This document shows, piece after piece, positions 1 through 12,000 of a stretch of 64,000 bases of DNA. This DNA is from Bugula neritina. Lineage: Eukaryota > Animalia > Bryozoa. The position numbers and the translations under genes are program-made. The stretch covers positions 8,044,889 to 8,108,888 of the forward strand of contig OZ037772.1 of NCBI GenBank assembly GCA_964035545.1. Direction: 5' to 3'. Each line of letters begins with the position of its first letter. The stretch's first letter is position 1. A model generated the notes under the pieces. That model had not been told where the DNA came from and made no database searches. It was given only the letters and a program-made list of their open reading frames with translations.

Positions 1-534
1 TTGAATTCAGTTTGATGTGATTTCATAGATCTATGAATAATAGGTAGAGACAGTAAAGTGTGTTGATTTACAATCAGTTTTGTTTATTTAGAATATCTCA
101 TTTTGTATTTATAACAGCGAAAGTCTACGGCATATTGTTAGTACCACATGCGCGTTAGACTTTCCTTCAAGGTTTTGCTTTTTCAATTTTCTTCTTTCTC
201 TATAATAACCTTTGTATATTGAGACTCGTCTCCCTTGTTTAAACGTGTATATTCCTAAACTGGTAGCTTAATTCAGGTCAAGCAGGAAATTGTTCTAAAA
301 AACTAAGTCACTAAAACCTGAGAAAAATTTGTCACATCTACAAAGTATTTAACATTTGTAAAATACTTGTGTAGTAGAGTTTGAAAATTAAGAAATTTTG
401 CGAAGCTTAATGCCCTGTTGTGACAAATAATATGTTTAGAATTTTCGATAAACTGCGACTGTTGTATTTTCTAAATTCAAAAATCTAATATATTATTGTG
501 TAATAAAACTGTAGAATTTAAGTGGAACTTCAAG

Positions 535-2109
535 ATGGATACTTCAACTTCTGGCTCAACTGGTGCAGAAGCTACAGGTCCTCCTGAGCCTCCAGCAACC
601 GAGAGCGCCTCAATGGAAACCCCAGCAGCTGAGAGCGTCTCAACGGAAACTCCAGCAGTCGAGAGCGCCTCAACAGAAACTTCAGCAGCCGAAACTGTCA
701 CAGACGAGACTGCTGCAGCTGAGACTGCCTCTTCCCAAGATTCCGAAACCGACAGTTTGGGTTCCACCCTAGGAAGCGGTAGTAGTGATGCCGACACTGC
801 AATACCAAACCCCAATCAAGCTGACGCATCCAGCATCAGCCCAACAGTCAAGTTTGATGCAACAACTGGACAAGTTGTGGAAAGCGCCCACGCCTCCAGT
901 CACCTATTTCTTCGATCTATTTCAGACTTGAACAGAATTTTTATCAAATCGGCTTACAAGTATGTTCCGGAAAGTTCCTCTCTAGACGAGAGTAGAATAA
1001 GCTGGTCTAGTTTGAGCCATCAGGGTTTCAATGTCATTTGGCTGGTGATGGATCAGTCCCTCAACACTCGATTACTGTTCTATGTAAATGAGGAGCAAGC
1101 AGCATTGTCTTTAACCAATAAGGATGGAGAATTGCTACTCAATGCCAGGGGTGGATTGCTCTATTTCTTCTATAGGCTGGACATTTATTCTGCTAGTGGA
1201 CAGGTCATAGGGTTTGCAGACGGAAGGACGATGACTAACGCATTGTCTGATGAATTGTTCAACGTGGTGAGGTCTGACAGCAATGATGATCCAAACCCTT
1301 TCACCGTCATTACCATGTGTGACGCAAAAACTGATAAGGCCTTCTGTCAGATTAAAGAAGAATCCGGAACTGCAGAGATAGTTTTTCTTCACCCTTGCAA
1401 CGTCACTCAGAAGCTCATGTTTATGATTTACGGATTGAAGTCTGCGCTGAGTGCTTATAATCTACACTCGGAAGTGATTCACACAGTAAGAGAGCTTCCG
1501 GAAGATTCTACAGGCCCCATGGATGAACTACTCAAGTTCATCACCCAGAAAATCACTATAAAGCCAGCTTTAAGAGAAACAAGGGAGAAAGTCTACTACA
1601 ACCTGGTGGATATGAGACACCAAGTCGTACTAATCTTCGTTTGCAAGATTGCATCACTAAATGAGATAAACTACGACGTGATGAATGGCCATTCCAGAGT
1701 TCTGTTCAAAGTGATAGAGAATTGGACAGAACTGGATGCGTTCAGGGTGTACGACTCAGAGACCAACGAGCTTATTGGCTGGTTTAAAGAAAGCAAGATT
1801 TACGGTACCGAGATTGACAGGCCCATACTATCTACTGTCAGCTATCCTCAAGGCCCAGTCAGATTCCTAGACCCCACAGATGAGTCTAAGGCAGAGCTAC
1901 GACCAGGAGAGACGGACTGTACTCTGGGCATGTCTCCCTCTCTGCCTCCAAACCAGAAAGCACTGGTTCTAGCCTATGTAGCCAGGTATATTCACGCTGT
2001 GATGCATCTCTTCCTTCAGGTCAAGATTCCAGTTTGTGCAGAGTACGAGGATTTGTACAAACTGTATAAAAAGTTTGACTCAAAGCTGATGAACAACAGA
2101 CTTGAGTAG
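535..2109 (+). CDS. Intronless protein (524 aa): acidic Ala/Glu/Ser/Thr repeat N-terminus plus two tandem phospholipid-scramblase/Tubby-C-like domains
   Basis: Only long ORF in the window; first ATG at 535 (aagATGg), TAG at 2107-2109, AATAAA at 2290-2295. Two internal segments carry scramblase-like motifs (LDIYSASGQVIGF...IVFLHPCNVTQKLMFM and FRVYDSETNELIGW...LGMSPSLPPNQKALVLA; compare PLSCR IEIQAPPGVPIGY...IQFPLDLDVKMKAVMIG). The ORF is solid; the family call is tentative. Confidence 0.75.
   Translation: MDTSTSGSTGAEATGPPEPPATESASMETPAAESVSTETPAVESASTETSAAETVTDETAAAETASSQDSETDSLGSTLGSGSSDADTAIPNPNQADASSISPTVKFDATTGQVVESAHASSHLFLRSISDLNRIFIKSAYKYVPESSSLDESRISWSSLSHQGFNVIWLVMDQSLNTRLLFYVNEEQAALSLTNKDGELLLNARGGLLYFFYRLDIYSASGQVIGFADGRTMTNALSDELFNVVRSDSNDDPNPFTVITMCDAKTDKAFCQIKEESGTAEIVFLHPCNVTQKLMFMIYGLKSALSAYNLHSEVIHTVRELPEDSTGPMDELLKFITQKITIKPALRETREKVYYNLVDMRHQVVLIFVCKIASLNEINYDVMNGHSRVLFKVIENWTELDAFRVYDSETNELIGWFKESKIYGTEIDRPILSTVSYPQGPVRFLDPTDESKAELRPGETDCTLGMSPSLPPNQKALVLAYVARYIHAVMHLFLQVKIPVCAEYEDLYKLYKKFDSKLMNNRLE
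592..730 (+). repeat. Coding 30-bp (10-aa) tandem repeat, about 4.5 copies, AESxSTETPA
   Basis: gagagcgcctcaatggaaacccca / gagagcgtctcaacggaaactcca / gagagcgcctcaacagaaacttca spaced 30 nt apart. Confidence 0.85.
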
Positions 2110-2289
2110 TCTGCAGTTCTACTCCAGATTGGGGCAGTCTTACCCCCCCCCACCCCTCGTACTCTTCCCGTACAGTTTCCTTATTGGAGCACATCTATTT
2201 GCTTGCTAGCTGATTTGCTTTGTTAATATTTATTTTGATATTTATAGAATTAATAATTTTTGTTTATTTTTCTCTTTAGTATTGTTGAA

Positions 2290-2295
2290 AATAAA
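2290..2295 (+). terminator. Polyadenylation signal of the 535-2109 gene
   Basis: AATAAA about 180 nt after the stop codon in a U-rich context. Confidence 0.6.
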
Positions 2296-2739
2296 AAGTT
2301 TTCATAATAATTATAAAATTTCTTTGTTACTACACCACAGTAGTAGTTTAATGGAGCATTTGACCTACATCTAATTATAGGCCAGGAAACAGCGTATTTG
2401 ATATGAATTGTTGATGGTTACGGTGTGCTTCATATAATTTATATGGTAACATAATACAATAACATAGTCTCTTGTAAAAATACTATATACAACTAAGTAA
2501 ATAATTTGCACATTGGACTGTTGTTTAGAAATGGAAATAGTGAAGCCGCTGTGATATGAGTTAATAATAGTTTAAAGTCTGTTAGTTAGACTGAGCACCT
2601 AGTTAGTTTAGTTTTAACTTTAATAACATAGCTTAGTTCTAATCTCGAAAAAAAAATTGCTCTTGAATTCGTCTCTCTTGACTTTCGATATTTTGTTGTC
2701 TATTGACGATGCATGCCTGGCTCTATGGCCAGGCATGCA

Positions 2740-2930
2740 TAGTGATGTCATCAATATGTGTTTTGATGTCATTAGTATGTGCAATAACATCATCAGCACA
2801 AGTTAATAATATGTCATTGCTATATGTAGTGACATCATCATCAATATGTGTTGTTATGTCATCCTGATGTGTAGTGACATCATTAGCATATGAGGTGACA
2901 TCATCATTGTATGTAGTGACATCATCACTA
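2740..2930. repeat. Degenerate 21-24-bp tandem repeat (gtgacatcat core) in the KCNT 3' UTR
   Basis: Recurring tgacatcatc / tgatgtcat. Confidence 0.7.
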
Positions 2931-2978
2931 AGTGGTACAAAGGCCACTACGGTTACAAATGTGAGCATTTAGAGCTGA

Positions 2979-3095
2979 TCAGTGTTTGGCTGCGTGTCTC
3001 CTGTTACAGTTGGGGTCGTTGTTGTTTACACTCTCTGTGTTCTGATTGGTTAGAAGAAATGCGTCCTCCGTCACATCCACCTGCTCATCGAGGCA
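2979..3095 (-). CDS. KCNT: KCNT terminal exon 29
   Basis: ttttag acceptor, phase 0, open to TGA at 2979-2981. Confidence 0.75.
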   Translation of the reverse strand, partial: CLDEQVDVTEDAFLLTNQNTESVNNNDPNCNRRHAAKH

Positions 3096-6000
3096 CTAAA
3101 ACAAAAATCAAAGCTTGGGTGTGGTGCTTAGTGGAATACATGACACTCTAAATATTAGAAAATTTCGCATCTATTTACTTATCTCTCATATTATTGGCCT
3201 GTATTTACCTCTCCTACTATTTGAAGCAGCCATGGTCTACGGGTTAGAGCGTTTGCCTAGTAAACACAAAGTCATGGGTTCGAACCCCGACAAAGGCCAT
3301 TGGTGATGTCAGAGAGAGCATCTAGCCATAATTACTCCTGTGCCCAATCTAAGTAAGTCCCGAGTCCAAATTAATTTCCATCAGGGGTTTCTCACAGGGA
3401 TGGCGACTATAAACTTGCATGAGTTTATCTCTCATAATATTAGCCTGAACTTGCACTACCTCTCATAATATTAGCATGTACTTACTCTACCTGACATACT
3501 ATTGGCTTTAACTTACCTCTTGGCTCGAGTTTGTTTGTCTGTCTGTTGGTCTGTCAAAAGAGTTGGCAGGAAACTTCTGTTCATACCGATCCTTGTGTCG
3601 TTTAGAAGCCGGCCTCAGCACGTATCTAGTAATAGTGTGATATTATTACCTGAGCATATAAAGAGCAATGTGCGTGTATGACGTATGTACCTATAGAAAA
3701 CTCTAACTGTTGTTGAATTGTAAATAGATTCTAAGTAATGTGTAGTAAACTTTTAACTTTTAGGTCAAGTGTGATAAACCCTTAACTTGTAGGTCAAGTG
3801 TGATAAACCCTTAACTTCTAGATACAGTGTGGTAAACCTTTAGATTCCAAGCTTTCAATCTTTAGGTGAAATGTGGTTAACCCTCAACTTTTAAGTCAAG
3901 TGTGATAAACCCTTAACTTTTAGGTCGAGTGTGATAAGGCCTTAACTTTTAGGTTGAGTGTGATAAGACCTTTAGCTGTGTATCTAACGGCACTTACATG
4001 ATGTCCCCCTTCTCCAGAGCGAGGTCATACCCAGGGTTTATTATCACGTAGGAAACTTGGCTATGTTTTTCATCACTACTACAGTCTATAAGACAATAAT
4101 TTTTCAAATCGTTTTACCAATGTGAGAAAATAACAGAAAGAACATAAAATATAGAAACATAGTGCATAAAACACAACCATGGAAAAGAACGTTCTATAAC
4201 AGAAAGGTTCAAACACCGAATCTTTCAAGAAAGAAAACTGGTTTCACAAAAATAAGGAATGTCAAGCATAGAGTAATATTACAACGATGTCTAAACTATT
4301 CCAACAAGATAAGGAACTATTGCTGTATAGTAGAGCTCACTGTAGTCGTTTGGAGGCATGTTTAGACTACGCATGCAGCCCTTTACAAGTTGGGAAATCT
4401 CTTCCTTTTCCCTATCGGAGTTACGGCTTACAGCGTCTTCGTTGTCCAGTTTGTCCACAGAAACACTCTACAATGTTACATCATAACGTAACATACTACT
4501 ATACAGTGTACTATACTATACAGTGTAATATACTACTATACAGTGTAATATACTACTACGCAGTGTAATATGCTACTATACAGTATAATATACTACTATA
4601 CAGTGTAATATACTATACAGTGTAATATACTACTATACATTGTAATATACTACTATACAGTGTAATATACTACTATACAGTGTAATATACTACTATACAG
4701 TGTAATATACTACTATACAGTGTAATATACTATGCAGTGTAATATACTACTATACAGTGTAATATACCACTATACAGTGTACTATACTATACAGTGTAAT
4801 ATACTACTATACAGTGTAATATACTACTATACAGTGTAATATACTACTATACAGTGTAATATACTACTATACAGTGTAATATACTACTATACAGTGTAAT
4901 ATACTACTATACAGTGTAATATACTACTATACAGTGTAGTATACTACTATACAGTGTAATATACTACTATACAGTGTAATATACTACTATACAGTGTAAT
5001 ATACTACTATACAGTGTACTATACTATACAGTGTAATATACTACTATACAGTGTAATATACTACTATACAATGTAATATACTACTATACAGTGTAATATA
5101 CTACTATACAGTGTAATATACTACTATACAGTGTAATATACTACTATACAGTGTAATATACTACTATACAGTGTAATATACTACTATACAGTGTAATATA
5201 CTACTATACAGTGTAATATACTACTATACAGTGTAATATACTACTATACAGTGTAATATACTACTATACAGTGTAATATACTACTATACAATGTAATATA
5301 CTACTATACAGTGTAATATACTACTATACAGTGTAATATACTACTATACAGTGTAATATACTACTATACAGTGTAATATACTACTATACAGTGTAATATA
5401 CTACTATACAGTGTAATATACTACTATACAGTGTAATATACTACTATACAGTGTAATATACTACTATACAGTGTAATATACTACTATACAGTGTAATATA
5501 ATACAATACAGTGTAATATACTACTATACAGTGTAATATACTATACAGTGTAATATACTACTATACAGTGTACTATACTATACAGTGTAATATACTACTA
5601 TACAGTGTAATATACTACTATACAGTGTAATATACTATACAGTGTAATATACTACTATACAGTGTAATATACTACTATACAGTGTAATATACTACTATAC
5701 AGTGTAATATACTACTATACAGTGTAATATACTATACAGTGTAATATACTATACAGTATAATATACTACTATACAGTGTAATATACTACTACGCAGTGTA
5801 ATATACTACTATACAGTGTAATATACTACTATACAATGTAATATACTATACAGAGTAATATATTACTATACAGTGTAATATACTACTATACAGTGTAATA
5901 TACTACTATACAGTGTAATATACTATACAGTGTAATATACTATACAGTATAATATACTACTATACAGTGTAATATACTACTACGCAGTGTAATATACTAC

Positions 6001-9000
6001 TATACAGTGTAATATACTACTATACAATGTAATATACTATACAGAGTAATATATTACTATACAGTGTAATATACTACTATACAGTGTAATATACTACTAT
6101 ACAGTGTAATATACTACTATACAGTGTAATATACTACTATACAGTGTAATATACTACTATACAGTGTAATATACTATACAGTGTAATATACTATACAGTA
6201 TAATATACTACTATACAGTGTAATATACTACTACGCAGTGTAATATACTACTATACAGTGTAATATACTACTATACAATGTAATATACTATACAGAGTAA
6301 TATATTACTATACAGTGTAATATACTACTATACAGTGTAATATACTACTATACAGTGTAATATACTACTATACAGTGTAATATACTACTATACAGTGTAA
6401 TATACTACTATACAGTGTAATATACTATACAGAGTAATATATTACTATACAGTGTAATATACTATACAGTGTAATATACTATACAGTGTAATATACTACT
6501 ATACAGTGTAATATACTACTATACAGTGTAATATACTACTATACAGTGTAATATACTACTATACAGTGTAATATACTACTACGCAGTGTAATATACTACT
6601 ATACAGTGTAATATACTACTATACAATGTAATATACTACTATACAGTGTAATATATTACTATACAGTGTAATATACTACTATACAGTGTAATATACTAGT
6701 ATACAGTGTAATATACTACTATACAGTGTAATATACTACTATACAGTGTAATATACTACTATACAGTGTAATATACTACTATACAGTGTAATATACTATA
6801 CAGAGTAATATATTACTATACAGTGTAATATACTATACAGTGTAATATACTATACAGTGTAATATACTACTATACAGTGTAGTATACTACTATACAGTGT
6901 AATATACTACTATACAGTGTAATATACTACTATACAGTGTAATATACTACTATACAGTGTAATATACTACTACGCAGTGTAATATACTACTATACAGTGT
7001 AATATACTACTATACAATGTAATATACTACTATACAGTGTAATATATTACTATACAGTGTAATATACTACTATACAATGTAATATACTACTATACAGTGT
7101 AATATACTACTATACAGTGTAATATACTAGTATACAGTGTAATATACTACTATACAGTGTAATATACTACTATACAGTGTAATATACTACTATACAGTGT
7201 AATATACTACTATACAGTGTAATATACTATACAGAGTAATATATTACTATACAGTGTAATATACTACTACGCAGTGTAATATACTACTATATTGTGATAA
7301 CTATGGAAGCTGTCTCACCGTGCTGAAAGTGCCGGGCTGCCTGGTTCTGTAAATACCGATGGGAATGGCTCCGTTGTTAGAGCAGAGTTTCTGATAGACT
7401 CTGCCGTATGTATTCAACCACTGCTCATCCTCTCCTATCTTAATCTGAATGTGATAGTAATATAATATAATAATATAATAACACTTAATACAGTATACTG
7501 TTATATCATTATGTAATAATATAATACAAAAATATAATGATACAATAATACAGCAACGTAATATGCTAACAAATTACACTATTATGGTACAATACATTAA
7601 TATACCGTAATATAATACAATAACAGTAATGATAATATATAATATCATATACCAATATAATGCAGTATACTATCATATAGTAACATAATACAATAATTAT
7701 GTTAATCAAATATAATGATGCAATATACATAATATATATAAGTATAATTATTATAGATTAAAACATAATTATTATAAAAAACACGTTAGATTATTACAGA
7801 GAACATTATAAAATATAACAGAATAATTAATATAATATAATAGCAGAATACAAATAAAATGTATTAGAATAAAATATTAGGATAACAGAGACAAATATTA
7901 TAAAATGATTTGCATTTCCATAGCATCTGTACGAGTGAATTGGTGGATGGAGTTCGCATGAACATATGGTTGTACTTTCAACTATGTAACTCTTCCCAAA
8001 CATCAGATGAAAAATCCATTCACATGATGCGAAGCAATGGAAACTCAGTGATTAAGACTCACTATATTTGGGTTAATTGTAATTTGCAATTGTAAATGGT
8101 TGTAATTAACTACAATTTTTCAAGAAATTGAATGCAAATTGTAATTAGTGTATAAAAATGTAATTTTAATTGTAATTAATTACATTAATAAGTAATTGAG
8201 TCCAACCCTGTCACTCACACATGTCAAGAAGCCGGAGTCCTTGCCCTGGTCGATTCCACACATAAGTCTTACGATGGTAGACAGGTAGTCCTTCACAAAC
8301 GCCTGGTAGAGCAGCGTGTCCAGCATGGAGGCACTAAACACGTCTCCCGCTGAGAACGGCAGACGGAACATGTATGACATGTGGGACCCTTTCCTTTTCA
8401 CCTCCTAAACAAAAGATTTCATATCAAAACTTGTACGATATACATACAAACTTGTACTACAATCATTTTTGTATATTTATTAAGTAAAAAGTAGAGAGCA
8501 GATATGGTGTAGTAGCTACAGTGCTAGCCTAGTAACCACAGGGTCAGCGATTTGAGTGGAAACACCAGCAGTAATATTAGAAAGTCATAATTGCTCCTGT
8601 GTCACATATGAATAAACCCCTTCTATCAGGAGTTCTGACGACTATAAAATCATTGAAGAAGTCAAGGAATGATACAAATTATACATTAGTAAATGGCATA
8701 TACTCAGTTCCTTACTTTCTCTAGTTTAGAAAGTGCCAAGGCGTAATCGTCATCCGCCCGGAAGTGCATGAACCTCATGTTGGACGACTGAGATAACTCT
8801 GTGATGATTTTAGCACCAGGAAACAACCTGCAAGGTATTGTGGGTAAAAGGGAAGTCGCATGGCAATATACAAACATCACAAAACACGGCATCCACAGTT
8901 TATTAGCGTGAGTAATATGTTCAGATGCAACACCGAGTCTTTCACAACTGCTACTCGATTGATTGAAAACAAATTGAATACCGCAACAATAGTAGACTTA

Positions 9001-12000
9001 CTTGAAGAGAGGCTGTACAGCAACAATAGTAGACTTACTTGAAGAGAGTCTGTACTGCAACAATAGTGTTGCAATCAGACAAATAATCATCTTCAATCGA
9101 GTTGGACGTTTCTTTATTTACAACTACCATGTTGTCTGCATAGTTTATTCCAGCTTTCAGCCAATCATCCAGTCTGTAACAAAACAAGAAAGTAAATCGA
9201 CCAATCATCTAGTCGCTAACAGAACAAACTCGACCAATCACGCAGGTAAAACCTTAGTACACAGTCTATACTGATGAGCAGGTAAAATATAAGCCAACCT
9301 ATCTATTGAGCCGGTTATCCAGTAGACCATCGGAAAGTGCCGGATTGTTTCCTTGAAATGCCTCTCAGGCCTACAACAGAAGTCACATTTAAGGGACGCG
9401 CACCACACCCCCAAACTGATCATAGAACTACATCAAATATCAAAAAAATGTTTGAAGTGTTTAAATATGAAGATAAAAAAAATATTTTAGCAACAAAAAC
9501 TATAATCTATAAATGCTGCTTTAAAAACGTCAAGTTTGTACTGTTTGGAGAGTTGTCTACACCATTCTCCAAGGGGGACAACTTGACATAAATAACAAGT
9601 TCAAAACAAAATCATGTTCCAGAAACACTTACTCATGTTCTAAAAATAGCACGATTGGGCGAAGATCAGCTTGCTTCAGACATTGACTTCTAAGAGGAAG
9701 TATAAAGTTGTAGAGGCCATTGCTGGTGTTGGCTGAGGCTATGATTATAGCCCGGTTTCTCCAGTTGTACTCTCTGGGGTGCTGCAAGTAGAGATAAACA
9801 TTTTTATAACTTTACAGCCAATGAGCAATGACGACACAACTTCAACAGCCAATCGTATTTCAAGTAACAACTTACTCTGTGTTCGCAATGCTGACACACT
9901 TTAGTCAGCTGCAGGCAGCATATGGGCCGAGGGTTTCTCATCAGATGACAAAGGTGAAGGCCTTTACCGATATACGGGGCTACTGGAGGGACGTCCACCT
10001 TAATATCAGAGCTGTAATACGCACGCAGTAATATAGTATTACACAGGCAGTAATATAGTATTACACAAGCAGTAATATAGTAATACACAGGCAGTAATAC
10101 AAACAGTATTACTAACAGTAGTATAGCAATAAATTCATACAGTGACATAATGTATCATTAATACAGTTATATGAACATTAGCATAGTATTTAATACACGC
10201 AGTAATGCCGTCCCAACTTTATAACACTCTGATTCACAAATATATAATAATACGGTATTACAAACAGCAGTATAGTATGTAATATGTATATCAATACGAA
10301 CATTAGCATAGTAATTAATACTAGCAGTAATATAGTAACGACTTCGGATTCACATGAAATCTCGTGAATTCTCACCCGGAACTGTGGGAGTGCCACAGAG
10401 GGTCAACAACATCGTCGGTGGGAGAAGGTGACTCCATAACGAGGCTGTGCAGTGTGTGCTGGCTGTGATACGGTCTTGAGAGGTCAATCGGGGTGAGTTC
10501 TATGTGCACCTCATCCCCCACCTTCTCGGCTACGGGGGCTATGGAGGGCTTCCTTCGAGGCAGAACTCTGTCTGGATTTGGGCTAAAGAAGAAAAAAATT
10601 TAATCATAGCTCGTATCTCCTTATAGAAGAATTAGGAGAGACACACCTCACCCCCCCCCCACCCTCTTTTTGTATGTTATACACAATACAGCATAGTCTA
10701 CAGTGTAGCATAGAATATGCAGGTAATGTATTTTATCACAATCACTATAAATCTATGTCAGTGGTTGAAATAGCACAAACATTGGAATTTTGCAATGATC
10801 AAGTTTAATAATTTTTTCAAATAAGCACTTTAATAATTTTGTTGAAGGTGCAGTGGCCTTAATTCCAGAGCGAACAATTGCTCATACTTATAAAAAAATA
10901 TGTGAAAACTTTTGGGACAAAATTAATTTTAGACTTTGGGCAAAACTACTTATATTAAAATAAAGGGGATGATTACAAATGATTTCACAAGCTAGAGAAG
11001 TGGCACATGTAGAAGTGTTGACAAATGTAGACATGTTGACACCTATAGAAGTTATAACATATATGTAGAAATGTTGACATGTGTAGAAGTCGTTGACATA
11101 TGTAGAAGTGTTGACACATGTATAAGGGTGGACACATGTAGAAATGTTGACATGTGTAGAAGTGTTGACATGTGTAGAAGTGTTGACATGTGTAGAAGTG
11201 TCGACATGTGTAGAAGTGTTGACACGTGTAGAGAAAGGGATTCTTACCTCAGGAAGTGGTTGTTGATTTCTACACCAGTAGAAGCTGAAGCAGAGACGGT
11301 GGGCAACTGAGCCTGAACACCTTCAGTATTCACCTTGGCTATGTTAAGAGCCGCTGATCCTGTAGAACAGAGCGGCAGCGTGTCACATAGCAACAGAGTG
11401 TCACATAGCGACAGAGTGTCACATAGCAACAGCGTATCACATAGCGACAGAGTGTCACATAACAACAGCGTGTCACATAGCAACAGTGTGTCACATAGCA
11501 ACAGAGTGTCACATAATGACAACGTGTCACATAGCAACAAAGTGTCACAGCGCTATACTCCACAGCTGTAGTTATCAGACACTATAAGATGAGTCAAGAC
11601 CAAAATATAATCAAAAGCTGATTGGCTAATTTATTTTACCCCGACAGAAAAACTGAGAACTTGAATTATTCTATAAGCAGCTCCGAGTTGAGGGTGACTG
11701 AGTGCAGTAGTTTGAGGTTCTCAAGTTTATAGCTGGGGTTTACTGAAACCTCCAAACTCGAAAACCCCAAACTACTGCCCAACCCCCAACCCAGAGCTGG
11801 TTATAGAACTAATCTAAAAACTTATAGCATATTGTAGTGTTAGTTCTCTGATGCTCTACTACTCTTACCACAATTCACGGCTCTGGTTTGACCTTGAGAC
11901 ATCACTCAAATGTCAAAAATTCAAGTCAAGGTATGTGATGCAATCAAAAATCATGCACGGGGCATTTAGCATCTGTTAGTAAATTGTGTGAAGCAGTAAT

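Noticed and set aside
496-534. Extended N-terminus given by the ORF track
   Set aside because: Starts at a non-ATG codon; the first ATG is at 535
477-815. 112-aa antisense ORF
   Set aside because: Shadow of the repetitive N-terminus of the 535-2109 gene
3223-3300. tRNA gene
   Set aside because: A/B boxes are present but continue into a dispersed ~200-bp repeat body with TSDs in other copies; it is a SINE head
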